A stretch of 63,084 bases of DNA, filler included, from Octopus bimaculoides (Eukaryota), in NCBI RefSeq assembly GCF_001194135.2. It is 4 parts of 4 records of this genome, joined end to end, with 100 filler letters (N's around TTAATTAATTAA, not from the genome) between each part and the next. Parts side by side here need not be neighbours in the genome. Positions count along the whole stretch, not along the records: positions 20,225 to 44,849 come from NC_068999.1; positions 44,950 to 63,084 come from NC_068984.1; 2 more parts are not named here. One strand, 5' to 3'. A program made the translations under genes and the position numbers. How positions within the stretch are numbered: the first letter of the stretch is position 1; each line of letters opens with the position of its first letter. Shown here piece after piece: positions 37,751 to 51,070 of the stretch. The notes beneath the pieces are model-generated. The model had not been told where the DNA came from, searched no databases, and worked only from the letters and a program-made list of their open reading frames with translations.

Positions 37751-40096
37751 TCTATACATACATAGAGAGAGTGAGAGAAATATAGATAGATAGGCATATA
37801 CATACACATATATAAACTCATGTGTGCGTGTGTGTGCTTGTAAGCGTGTGTGTGTGTGTGTGTGTATGTGTGTTTGTGTATGTGTTTGTGTGTATAGCAC
37901 GCAGGTTGTTCAACATTATCCTTTCCAACTTGTGAGGTTGGCGCGGGTCACCAGTTTACTCGCCGACAGTTTGACAGGTCTCTCGGCGTACAAGCTATCA
38001 GTTGCGTTCTTAAGTGATCTAACATTACACATACGCACGAAAATACAGACACCCACGCACCCCCCCCCACACACACAGACATATATATAAACACAGATAG
38101 GTGCATATATATGTATACGTGAGCATACATAGATATACAAGTATGGTGGCACTGCATCTGCGTAACGTTGTATATGCATTGCTGTATATTTAACGCTTTA
38201 AAACGAAATCTCATATACTTTTCTTAGACAGATAACTGTTCATATTCTATACATTCTAGATGTTTGATATTATCAATGTGAATAAATCCTTCATGACTGA
38301 TTGATTTAAAGAATTGCGTGTTTGTATGTATGTGTGTATGTATGTGTGTGTGTCACTACTGAATGCATTGTCGTTGTTTCGATGTGTATTGAATCATTTT
38401 GTTCTTATACGATATTAATGACCTTCTCTTCCCTTGAAATATAATCTTTATAAATTGGATTGCCTGCAGGAGGAAATGGAAAATAGAGAGCAGGATCAGC
38501 TCATTAAGAGGCAATGTACTCCTTAATTAAACCATCATAATTACATGGGCGCACACAGCAACACATGTGATAGAAAAGAGCAGGTACATGGTGAAAAAGA
38601 TGCCTTCGTTTGGGAGGTTGTGTAGTTGGTTGCGCGTTGCTGTATGACGATGTCTGCAGCTGTGAGAAATACGAAAACTTGTACCTCGGCTTCCCGGTAG
38701 TTGGTAGATTTAAGCACGTTATTATATTTTATATCTGTCGTCGATATTCGTGATGATGTTGATGATGATCATAATATGATGGTCTCGTTTTTATTGTTTT
38801 GTTTTAGATATGTAGTGATGAATTAATATTCTGACCTAATGTATTCTATCTATTACTAAACCATTTTTTCCCGTTTTTTTTTTCAGATTTCGTATATTTG
38901 AGAACCATTGTTCAGTTTATCCTTCAAGTTTTCAAAGGCTGTGGAGTGTGATATAAGAAAAATCGCTGTCTATTTCTAGCATATATAAATGCTATCACTT
39001 GTGGTCGTTGTACTTAATTTATCATCATCAGACAGATGCAAATTGAAAGACTACCTATTTAAACTTTTGCCATAAATAGTTATTCGTGTATTCTTTGTAT
39101 TCTACATTAATTTTATATCGATCGGCGCCCAACAATCACTTCTGAATATTTAAGATGGGTGTGAACATGTGACAAAGTTATACTAGGACAGTCTGTGGAC
39201 CTCGTCCGAATGTTTGCAGTAGAATGAGATTTAAATACACCCAAAGGTCGGCGGTGTGAAAACGGGTGATGTATTTAGTGATGTTTTATTACTGCAACGG
39301 AAGTGTTCTGTCACTGCAGTGGATTTTTCTGAGTCTTTTCTCATTTTGTTTCAAATCCATTAAACATTACGACTTACTTCAACTAAAATATAAATTAGAT
39401 ATCTATGTGTACTTCCTCACTTCTTATCTCTTTTTTACTAGACACAAGGGGTTAGATCATTGAAGAAATAGTTAATATTTTCGAGGGTCATTTAAGTAAT
39501 TGAGAAAATTACTAGCACTAAGACGGAAATTATGCAATACCACACAATTCTCGTGTACCATATATTTAATGGTTTGCAGACACTGATTCGCCAAATAGAT
39601 AGACTTCATTATTAATTTTCGTTTCCTGTTGACAGTAAACAACTTGTTAGTATGAAGATTTAATCAAAACTTGATCTTTAATGTTATTAAGGAGCATGCT
39701 GCGATAACCGAACCAAGATATAATTAACGAAAGAAGTAAAAGAAAAATACATTAGATAAATTGTTTGGCAAACGTAGAGTATTTGATTAGTTTTCAGTTA
39801 ATTTTAATAATGGCGGCTGATAGCTAAGCAGAAGGAGAATGAGATTTGAACTGTGTATGTATGTAGCAGGACATCTTTTCTCTTATATTTGTGTAACGAG
39901 ACAGAGAGTTAAAGAACAACCCGCTTTCAATGACAGCTTCATGGCTGCATTAGAACATTGTACGAAGATAGACACCAGATTCATTACCGCTGTTGTTCTT
40001 TAAAGAACAGGAATGATTCTTCTTGTTAGTGGCACTGAGTTAGTTTTATAATCAAAGGGCTTCCAGTCATGACCGTCACAGACATTATTACTTTTA

Positions 40097-40520
40097 AGGC
40101 GCCGAGCTACTAGAATCGCTAGAACGCCAGACAAAATGCGTAGCAGTATTTATTTCGGTTATTAAGTGTTGCGTTCAAATTCCATCGAGATCGACTTTGT
40201 CTTTCATGTTTTCCGCGATCAATGAAATACACAACAGTCAAATACTAGGGTCGATATGTTCAAATAGCCCTTTCTCCCGAAGTTTCAAGCCTTGTGTCTA
40301 TTGTTAAAAGAACTTGAAGAGCTGGCAGAATCATTAGCACGCCGGACAAAATATTCCATGTGTTTTCTTCTGGCATCATGTTTTGAGTTCAAATTCCGCA
40401 GAAGTTGACTTTGCCTTGCATCCCTTTTGGGGTCCATAAAGCTATATTATAATTGGGCACTGTGGTCAATGTAAACGACTAAACACCTACCGTACCCAAA
40501 TTTCAGGCCTTGTACCTACA
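40097..40520 (+). mobile_element. Two tandem head-to-tail SINE family A copies (40097-40315, 40318-40520)
   Basis: Two successive gagct(actag/ggcag)aatc...gttcaaattcc...gactttg...ccttgt units. Confidence 0.8.
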
Positions 40521-40523
40521 GTA

Positions 40524-40868
40524 CAGTGGTTCTCAACCGGGGTCCATATGATCCCTTTTCCAGATAAAATTGGAGGGAGGCAGGGCGCAAGTACACTAGT
40601 AAATTGGGTACACAAAGTAATATATTAAGGGTCTCTGAGAAAGTTTTGATTTAGATCTATCTATTAGGAGAAACAAATGGATTTCTTTCTCTAACATGTT
40701 ACATAGTTCAGTCCTACCTACGCAAGTTTGAAAACCAAAGTAGGAATTTTGAAGGAAGTAATTATAAAACAAGATTTTAAACACCGGGAGGCTATGGGGG
40801 TCTACCAGAATAAAATAGTAATAATAGAGGTCCGTAGGCAAAAATACAAAAATGGTTGACAACCACGA
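40524..40868. mobile_element. hAT-type MITE with 8-bp TSD
   Basis: Ends cagtggttctcaacc...ggttgacaaccacg; flanks ctacagta / atacagta (7/8). Confidence 0.7.
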
Positions 40869-42414
40869 ATACAGTAGAATGGCTAAAGGCGGCCGGATGA
40901 TCATTCTTCAATAACAACAGATTGGAAATATCCTCAGCTACAAGTGACCAAAAGAGAGAAGTTAAATGTCTTCTAAAATGAAGGCAACAGAGCGCAGCTT
41001 TCTTGACGTAAGGTTCACCGTCCTCTCGTTACAGAATCTCGGTCAGTGGTGACTCGCTGTGACGTGTCTAGGTTAATTAATTCATATGGATGGAACGACT
41101 AACAATAACTTCAAATATTACCATCATAATTCGTTTGGATTCGCCTAGAAAAGAAGCTGATCTCTGGTTCATATATAGTATTGTGTAGCTTTTGCTATGA
41201 GATATTGCTAAACCAAATTGTTAGAGCGTCGACTTGGAATCCGAGTGTAACACGTTTCCTCTCTTTGCGCACTGGATCAAATTCCAACGAGAGAAATTTT
41301 TTTTACTGTCTTATGAAAAATTAAGTATTACACCAAAACTGAAGCTTATCTCCTAACCCTTCTCTCGGTACCCTTGACTTTACGCTGTGATTCTGGTCTT
41401 GGGCGACCGAACAACTGAACTTTTTTTTTCTAATCTTTAGGTTGAGAGTAGGGCTGGAGACACATTTCTGATCGAATTCCCCTTGATTCCAATTCTCGAT
41501 TAGTAATTCATATATTGATTTCCTGAAAAGGGAGAAAATATTCACCAACATTTTAATACTATCTGAAAGAGACGCGACTATTATAGCGTAGTAAATTAGC
41601 TCAACGAACTGGGGAAATTATAATTGCTTACCAATACCAAACACACACACACATATATATATACACACACATATACACACAAACATTTATACATATACAT
41701 ATATATATATGCATATATACACACAGTGATACCAAATAGGAGTATTTAGTGTGAAAGAAATGAAGATGAAGTATGGCATTGAAATATATGTGTGAGAATA
41801 TTTTTGTGTTTTTCCTTTATTTCCTCTTAATTTTTTTTTCATTTAAGAATCTAATTGGTATCTAATATAACACACGGTACTAATGTGACAAATATTTGCA
41901 TATATTTACTTACCGTAGCCTAATGAAAACAGTGACTGTCATTTCCTTTCAGATATTTTCTATTCTAATTCAATTAATTTAGATAAAAAGCTTTCGGCTC
42001 TTGATGATTTTGATTTCTCTTTGAAGGGATTGTTAAGTGTGCACTTAAATATGACATCATGATTCTAGAAGTGTCTGAGAAATGATGGACCACAGTAAAT
42101 TATTATTATTATTATCTTTTTTTTTTTTGTATTTTAAAAATCGTTTGTTGTCGAGTTGAGGGTAGCCCCATCAGTAAGGCGTGCAATAAAATAGTTCGTG
42201 TTATTTAGTTACGCTTCTTAATAGTCTGATTCCAAGACGCAAGAAGGGGGAACTTTAACTTTCTTCATTTGTGGGTCGATATACAAGCAAATAAATATAA
42301 GTTTTTTTAGTTGTATAACACCAGGTCAGCCACAATCGAGCAAAGCCCTTAACCAAAATTATTTTAATCGTGATCATTCTATTTCAGTAAGTGTATAAGT
42401 TGAATTGGCTACTA

Positions 42415-42542
42415 TAGGGTGTTCACAAACTCTGGGTATATGGGATTAACACAAACTTTAAAATATCATAATTTCTTATATTTAATTGTTTATGTTATGA
42501 TTTTATTCCCTCCATATACCCAGACCTTGTGGACACCCTGTA
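42415..42542. mobile_element. Tc1/mariner-type MITE (~128 bp, ~30-bp TIRs, TA flanks)
   Basis: tagggtgttcacaaactctgggtatatggga...tccatatacccagaccttgtggacaccctgta. Confidence 0.8.
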
Positions 42543-43419
42543 TATCTAACACCACAACGGTTTCCATTGAAACAACGTCACCCTAATATATCGAATACAT
42601 AAAGTAATTACTGGAGGTAACTTATCTGTAGCTTCATCTAGAATTATTTCTTAGGAGTAGATTTTAAATCTTTAAGTTCAACATAAACTCTTACCAATCA
42701 TATCCGTCTCGAGAAATTGCTAGTTTCCGTACTGATATCAATAGACTAAGCTACATCTTGCGCTCAGTTGAATTGAGTGGCATAGTAGCAATAACATATT
42801 CTTAGATAGTCTATGACACTTACTCATATATTCCTTGTTTCTAATATAGTCTGTGCCTAGTATGATACTTTCATTGATTTCGAGGAAACATTATCTCATT
42901 GACGTTATCAATGCATCATCCTTAATGTTCTTCTTCCCTCTTGAAGAATGTACGCGTGGTTGAAAGTATCTCTTTACATCCAGGTATTTTAATGCTTAAC
43001 GTAAAAAAAGCCAAAGCTTAGGTAACACTTTTCTGTCGTAGCCTCAGATCAACACAAGCTTAGTGAATGTGGACAACCAGATTTAAAGCGTGCAGAAGCC
43101 TACCGAGCGAACGTTATCTCTGTTTAAGTGTTAGATATAATTTGATACCAATTATTGTACTGTTAAATCTGGGTGCCCTTAGATTTCAGACATCTATTGT
43201 AAGCATTTAGAACAGGTCAAAAATCTACCTTTCCTTCAAGAGTTCTTCCTTATTTACTAATCACCTAAAATCCCAGTCGATTTAGTTAACCCATTACGAC
43301 AAAACGTTGATAAAGTTCCAAGGCAACATAACGATTAAATGACGTCGGATGTTCAAAAGTAAATGACAGTCTTTATTCTCAGCGCTTCGAATGTGATTCT
43401 CTGTGTATATCAAACAGAT

Positions 43420-43718
43420 AGTTCCGGCTTCAGTCCAATTGAGTTGTACCTTAGCCAAATGTCTTCTACTATAGCCGACCAAAGCCTTGTGAGTGGATTG
43501 GGTAGACAGTTACTAAAAGAATCCAGTCGTATATATACATGTGTGTGTGTGATCCTGCGTACATGTGTGTGTGTGTGATCGTGCGTACGTGTGTATGTCT
43601 GTGTTAGTCCCCGAAACCACTTGACGACCCATAGAATAATTACCTCAAATTAAAAAGTTCATGTACCGGGGTCGATTCATTCGACTAAAAATTCTTCAAA
43701 GGTGCCCCAGCATGGCCA
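43420..43718 (+). mobile_element. SINE family B, diverged with internal deletion
   Basis: ttctactatagccgaccaaagccttgtgagtggatt...ggggtcgattcattcgactaaaaattcttcaaaggtgccccagcatggcc. Confidence 0.8.
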
Positions 43719-43769
43719 TGAAATCACATCGCTTTTTATAATACACAAAGAACTGCCACGATAATATAT

Positions 43770-44005
43770 TCTTTGAATGGTAAAACTGTCAGTAATGATG
43801 ATGAGCTGAAATCGCACTTCAGTTTTTTGGGTGAATAGGACCAGAAGTTGTATGAGCGCGGAATCATGAAGTTGCCAGAAAAATGGTCAGATGTCATCGA
43901 ACAAAATGAAAAACATATAATTGACTGAAATTCATTCTTTACGTGAAATAAAATGACTTTTCCTTCACACTAAAACATCGAAATTACTTTCTTGCCAACC
44001 CAATA
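43770..44005 (+). mobile_element. Mariner transposon 3' end: transposase C-terminus remnant plus right TIR
   Basis: SLNGKTVSNDDELKSHFSFLGE*DQKLYERGIMKLPEKWSDVIEQNEKHIID* fits the mariner YxxGIxxLxxxWxxxI terminus; ends cgaaattactttcttgccaacccaaTA. Confidence 0.88.
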
Positions 44006-44045
44006 GAAATAGGCACGAACGGACACACACACACATAGACACACA

Positions 44046-44277
44046 AGGCGGCGAGCTGGCAGAAACGTTAGCACACCGGGCGAAATGCTTAGCGGTATTT
44101 CGTCTGCTGCTACATTCTGTGTTCAAATTCCGCCGAGGTCGATTTTGCCTTTCATCCTTTCGGGGTTGATTAAATAAGTACCAGTTACGCACTGGGGTCG
44201 ATATAATCGACTTAATCCGTTTGTCTGTCCTTGTTTGTCCTCTCTGTGTGTAGCCCCTTGTGGGTAGTAAAAAATAA
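44046..44277 (+). mobile_element. SINE family A, complete, with 17-bp TSD
   Basis: Intact head to aaaaataa tail; flanks acacacatagacacaca (44029-44045) and acacacatagatacaca (44279-44295). Confidence 0.93.
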
Positions 44278-44968
44278 CACACACATAGATACACAAATAT
44301 ATCAACAGCAACAGAAGCGATGCCCGCAGTTCAAAGCCGTTTGAACTGGACATCTAGCGGGCTTGTATTTAACAAATACATCAATACTGTATTAAATCTG
44401 GGACTGAATAGTAAATACTGTAGAATGCAAGGTGGATCAAAAGCGACTGGAAATGTTTTTTGGTGAATAGTTCACACTATTTCTGTATTGTCTTCAAGTA
44501 ATTCCACCTGAATCAGAACATAGGGAAGAGTGGAATCTGAAACGTTAACATTCTCCACGTACAAGCAAAGGTGTGGTGTTGAGTTCCGACTAACCAATGG
44601 TGTTAGGCCACGAAGACAAAAACAAAACAGGATAGACGAAAATGACATATTTCTGACCCGGTCTTCACCTTTAAAACTGGGTTATTGTTGTGAAACGTGT
44701 CAGAAGAGCTCTACTGCACAGCGTCTTCACAAAGCCATAAAAAAATAACACACACACACACACACCCACACACACACATAAATACGTACATAGAGTTATA
44801 TCAACACGCTTACCCACGCAAACTCACATATGTTTGTGGTAATATATATNNNNNNNNNNNNNNNNNNNNNNNNNNNNNNNNNNNNNNNNNNNNTTAATTA
44901 ATTAANNNNNNNNNNNNNNNNNNNNNNNNNNNNNNNNNNNNNNNNNNNNATATATACATACATACATA

Positions 44969-45275
44969 CACTGCGTGGCACCTTTGGGCCGACCAGACCC
45001 TTGTAAGTGGATTTGGTAGACACAAACTGAAAGAAGGCCATTGTATATACATATACAAGTATATATTTGTGTCTGTGTTTGTCTCGCTTCTATCGCTGGA
45101 CAACCGATGCTGGTGTGTTTGCGTCTCTGTAAGTTAGTGTTTCGGCAAGAGAAATATAATAAAATAATTACTAGGCTTACAAAGCATAAGTTCTGTGGGC
45201 GTCGATTTGTTCGGCTCCAGTAGGGCCGCAGTCAAATGAATGGAAATGTAAAAGAGCAAAAGTGTAAAAGTGTAG
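44969..45275 (+). mobile_element. SINE family B, 5'-truncated
   Basis: cactgcgtggcacctttgggccgaccagacccttgtaagtggatttggtagac...ggccgcagtcaaatgaatggaaatgtaaaagag. Confidence 0.85.
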
Positions 45276-47676
45276 ATATATGTTTGTATCTATCTATCTA
45301 TCTACGTCTCTATGTATGTGTTTCTGTCTATAGATGATATTACTGACATTTACCTGTATTTCTGAAGTTACTCATGTTTCTTTAATGTAACCGAGTAGTG
45401 ATAGATTATTCTTCTACATTGCTGTTGAATCGTGCGTTTCATGGAATTTTTATCTTTCATATCAAATAAAGATTGAATACTTCATATCTATTCTGCTGAT
45501 TTCCATTCCTTTAACAATTATTGATGCTCCCTTTGACTTAAATATTTGCTGCTTCAGATGCATTCCTATTGCCTTGAATGTGCACCACTCTGTATTTAAT
45601 CAAAATCTTATAGCAAGCGCTCTGTAAGCTCTCTGATCTCGTTAATATTACCTGCATATAAACATCAGACAAGATGCGCATTTCCATCATGTCTGCATAT
45701 AATACGCATCTTTACCAAAGTTATTAATATATGGGCATTTCAGCAAAATATTTATTATTTTTCACAATAGTATATCAGTGTAGGCATAGTTTTAACGCAG
45801 AAGCAAATCCTACTATGAGTTAACTGGATGTCCAGTTGACTAATGCTGGTATCAAATTATTTGATCGATGCATTATATTCTGACAATAGCAGACACGTGA
45901 GCTTGTAGATAATTTTCCGTTATTTATTAGTTTTGTGGTAATTTCCTTCGGTTATATTGTAGACGTTTATTAATTTTTGCCTCGTCTAGACAACTGAGTA
46001 AAATACTCGAATAATATCGATACATGTCTGTAGCATTTAGCAATGAGCCTTAAAACCAGAGAGGTTTAAATTTACAATCTACATATATTGTATAGAGTGT
46101 CCAAGAAATTACCAGAAAATAACGTTTCTCTTAAGGTACGTCTCTTGCGTCTTTGTAGAGATTTTACAATCGCAGGGAAATATTTGTCCGAATTATATTG
46201 ATAATTTCGATTAACAAATATATTACAGCATGCTGTATTTATATTTAGTATGCCTCAGGTACTTCCCATCCGTATTATTGATATTGAAATGGAGAAAGAG
46301 TAACAATTCTCATAATGTAAATCCTTGTATGAAAACACAAAGACTGCACTTCTTATTTCTTTTTTTTTTTTTCTATAAGTATATATATTTGGGAACGAAT
46401 CTACTGTAAAGAAATATTTCTTTCTTGGACTACTTCAGATATTTCATTTCTAATACGATAGCATTCCTTCATTTCAAGCGTGTTTGCAATAATAATTGAA
46501 ACAACTTTTTGTGGTTGTTTAGTATTTACAATAGTAATAAATCTGTACTTTTTCCTTTTATTGTTGCAGACAATAGAGAAACTGTACCATAAAACGCTAT
46601 ATTAATGTAAATAGTGTCATTGTGAGGGGAATGCAAACATACTATGACACTAATAAAAAAAAAACAAAAAAAACAAGGGTAAGCTAAAGCAATATCTAGT
46701 TGAGTGGAAAATATATTTTCATATTCAGCATAGTAAATTTATTTATCTCGCAATCAGTCAAGAAAAGGATTTTCCTGTTGAATTAAAATCGTTTTACGTT
46801 TACATGACTCACATTAATATGTAGCATTATTACACTTCTTTTAAAGAATTAATGTATTTTCAGAGTGAGATTTTGGTTTATATATTATTCTTGTCAATGT
46901 CACTTCCATGTGAATAATAACTGATTTAATATTTTTAGAATAGGTATTATTGGTTTCTATTAAATTTCAGATTTTCTATATTTGCTTTTTGTTATTGCCT
47001 GCTCAAAAGTAACTGATATGAAAGTGTTCGTTTAATGTGTCTATTCATTTGTTTTATAAAACAAGATGATATAGAAACCACTTCTTTAATTGAATATAGT
47101 TGCTTTACAAGATCTATAAATTTAAGTTTTTAGAATTTTGAAAGTCTTACAAGATCATCAAGTTCATGTATATGATTTGAATCTGACAAATATGAAGTCA
47201 TAGGTGGGCACTTGTCATTCGCTTATTTATTTTCTGTCAAAATATTTTTAAAGTTTTTGTTTTTATTTCAGCTAAGATATTTCGGTTGGTTATTGCTGTT
47301 TATGGTGGTTTATTCAACTAATATATTCTTTTCGTTGTGTTCTTTCTTAGGGACCTATAGTTTTCCGTGAAATTACAGTTATTTTATTTCTCTTACACAT
47401 ACTGTAAGAAATATATAAGTATAAGTATAAAATAACAGAGCTGATTTCACTTTTTAATAGTTGTTACTCATGAGTTTGCGTGTGATAACTGATTAATTCC
47501 ACTTAATTTACTTTAGTGAATAATCTTTCTACCATATCACTGAACGCCTAAATTTAAAATACGTTGTTTTTCCGAGAGTTCCCTCTTACCTTTACTTTGA
47601 TGAACTGTTGTCATATTGATTCTGAGCACAGTTATTAGGAAGTTGTTTTTGATATATGACAAGAATTAGTAGAGAC

Positions 47677-47679
<3 letters not shown>

Positions 47680-47737
<58 letters not shown>

Positions 47738-48017
47738 TGTTGTTGTTGTTGTTNNNNNNNNNNNNNNNNNNNNNNNNNNNNNNNNNNNNNNNNNNNNNNN
47801 NNNNNNNNNNNNNNNNNNNNNNNNNNNNNNNNNNNNNNNNNNNNNNNNNNNNNNNNNNNNNNNNNNNNNNNNNNNNNNNNNNNNNNNNNNNNNNNNNNNN
47901 NNNNNNNNNNGAAGAAGAAGAAGAAGAAGAAGAAGAAGAAGAAGAAGAAGAAGAAGAAGAAGAAGAAGAAGAAGAAGAAGAAGAAGAAGAAGAAGAAGAA
48001 GAAGAAGAAGAAGAAGA
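47680..48017. repeat. (AGT)n(GTT)n - gap - (GAA)n microsatellites
   Basis: Directly visible; source of the poly-L/poly-E ORFs. Confidence 0.97.
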
Positions 48018-50272
48018 ACTTGTGTTTCGGAAACTATCAAAATTAATTGCAGTAAAATAAATTATTTCACAAATACAATAAACAATGACATAGCATTGGA
48101 AGGAAACATATATCCAAACGAAAATACACGTAGACTAGGACGCATAGGGGACACATAACAATGAACAGACACAACAAAGGAACCAAGGGAAAAGGCAAAA
48201 CATACAATTGCACCGTACGTATGGCTAACTGTAGGTAACAATAAACTCATCAACACGTTGAGAAATGCAAGCTAATGGAGAGCATTTTGTATTGATGCAC
48301 TCTTAGTTCAGAATAACGCAATGTAGCCTAGCTCATGAGTATATGGTAAAAATACTCAGTATAATGCTAAGACCAATCGTAACCTGACAGGTTTCTGGAA
48401 ACGAAATGAGCATTACGACACTCTTTCAGAAAAACGTACAAACACGCCTGCAACTATGAACAGACAATTTGTTCGGCAACGACATAGAAAGTTCTTTCAA
48501 CCACAATGTACAACATGCTGACTGGTCCTGTAACAGTTATATATTATAAAAAATCGTAATCAGTTTAGGGAAAAGATGTTTGTTTGCAAAAAACAAGTAC
48601 AGATTAACCGAACGATCGTCAACAATAAAACATAAAATGTATCTTGGCATGGTCTGGACTGGGTACGGAAAAATACATGATAGATTTTCACACTGGGTAG
48701 TGTAGACACCCAGCATGAAATAAGTGACCCAATTTCTATCAAAATACTTTAGTCATATACTAAATTACAAACATTACAAAACAGATAATTTATGTAAAAC
48801 CAGCTCTAAAAACAAACACTAGGACATTCACTTACCCTGATACTCCGCAAATATTCATCTTATCATTTGTCTAGAGATCATTCTTATTTCCCTGATGAGA
48901 AGACTGCATTGCTTTACATCATTTTATTCCTTCTGGAATAATACCAATATTTTTTTTCTCGTAACATATGTCGGAAGCATAACAATTTGAATAACACCTT
49001 CATTAAAATTTATGAACAAAGCAGCATAATTTTCCGCACTCTCACGCTGCAAAATCAACAATGAGAAGTCATTAATTCACACTCCTTAAAATTACAACGC
49101 ACATTCGTCTCTTTAGGCTTAGATATGAATGAAGAAGTGAATGTCCTATCGCGTATTTCTATTCATCAGTGATTTGAAAGAAAAAAAACATTGTTTTAAT
49201 AGCCATGTTTATTGGATATACTGCTGTAAAAGTATGCCAGGTGCTGCACGAGTGAATTAAAATCATTGTAAAAATATCCGTTATACTACATATATAGGTT
49301 AACTCAAAGCATTTGTACTGATGATTTCTGTGCAGATTATATTCAACAAAGATAATAAATATGAGGCCTTTAACATTAAATGTCCATTAAAAGTCTCACC
49401 TGTTTGCGTTCACTTATATGCCTTAGTGTTAATGCAATTATGCTCTTTCACCATATTACATATAAGGAATAATATTGAGTTTATAAACACATTGTATTTG
49501 GCCGCGAAGATTGTCCAGGTTAAAGCACGGGTTATTGGGTGTTGTAGGTCAGGAAACACTACATTAATGATTATTAGAACATTTTCTCTCATAATATAAT
49601 TAGTGTTGGTCTATTTGCGTTGTAAGATGTTTACAAAGTGTTTACATATAATTTATGTACAATGAGACGTGTTAAGTATGATTAGAGTTTCGTTTCACAA
49701 TGCTGTTATTCTAATTGCTGGATGTCCGAAAACATGAATGTAAAATATAAATTTTTAACGGCAATTTAAAATCCAAAACGTGATATAAATAGTAACACAT
49801 ATCAAGCTTGCAGGGGCGGGTATTAGCAGCAATAGCAATCCCTTTACACAAAATAATTCAAAAACCCTTAAAATTGCGCCTGTTCTAGTTGATAGGAATG
49901 TAATTTTAAAGAAAACGGTCAAACCCATGCATGGCGCAATAATATTTCAAACAAAGTAATGCTGACAATTTCAGTTTTTGTTCTATTATACATCATTATA
50001 CTAAATCTTTAAATGAATAATCATATTGTCAGTGTATGAGGTTACTGTGAACATATTTATTATTGTTTAGATTATTTATAACTGGATTTAATTTTGAAAA
50101 AGTGGAAGTTCGGAAAACGTATGAACGTATTATTCGTGGAAACATAAGTTTCTTTATATTTCAGATTTTATAGCACTTAGGTAGTGGAAGGAAATTTGCT
50201 CAATATAACGTGAAACATATCGCTGTTACTTAATCGCAACCACTACAACCAATTAGCTGTTAAATACATTAG

Positions 50273-50545
50273 TACTACACTTCCCTATCGCACTTTTTCT
50301 GGAGACTTCATGAACTCCAAGACGAAACACCCAGCATCAAGTGGACTATTATCGAGAGGGCGTCACCATATTCACCCACCGTCTCTATTTGCCAGCTGTG
50401 CCTCCGCGTAAAACTGCATTTCATCTATCAATCCGCAATACCCATCAACAAGAAAAATGAAGTACTGTATCGCTGTCACCAGAGGTACACTCTTCAGGTA
50501 GATGTCAAGCCACTTACTACCGACAACCCAGATATACATCCTTAA
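50273..50545 (+). mobile_element. Penelope-like retroelement remnant: C-terminal part of the GIY-YIG endonuclease region, stop-free for 90 codons
   Basis: TSLSHFFWRLHELQDETPSIKWTIIERASPYSPTVSICQLCLRVKLHFIYQSAIPINKKNEVLYRCHQRY matches the PLE pattern LSxHxWxL...IxWxI...AxxY...CxLCLxEK...LNKRxE...CxH. Confidence 0.75.
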
Positions 50546-50689
50546 TACCAGTCACCCCTAACACCGGCTGCACCATGGTCAACGTCACAATTTAATCCTC
50601 ATGAACAGCACCGGAAATCATCATTCTGAAAACTTCTCGATTCCTGTCTGCCCGCACTTACTCACCTCTTGTACATTACACCTTGTGCA

Positions 50690-51070
50690 TGACCACGCGA
50701 GTACATGCGCACATATGCAACTGCTCACTGTAAGCATGCACATTGATATGTGTGTACGGCTGCACATGCGTGCGCACGCGCGCCCATATACATGAGCACC
50801 TGTGCGTGTGCATATATGTGCACCTATGCGCCTGCTCATATGTATATGTGCACACTTGTGTGTGCGCGCACGTCCTTGTAATGTGGGCATATGAACGTGG
50901 AAATAAAGGTATGCACGTGTGTCCGTGTGTGTGTATATGTGTGCGTGCGTGTGCCTTCGTGTCTGTGTGTGAATGCGCGCCCAGATGTGTGAATGTACAT
51001 TTACGATCACATACACACTCTTATACGTACCGATGCATACACTCAGATATACAGCGTATACACGTAAATA
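50690..51070. repeat. Long degenerate alternating purine-pyrimidine (TG/CA/CG) tract
   Basis: ~380 bp of cryptic (RY)n, CpG-rich relative to its surroundings. Confidence 0.85.
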
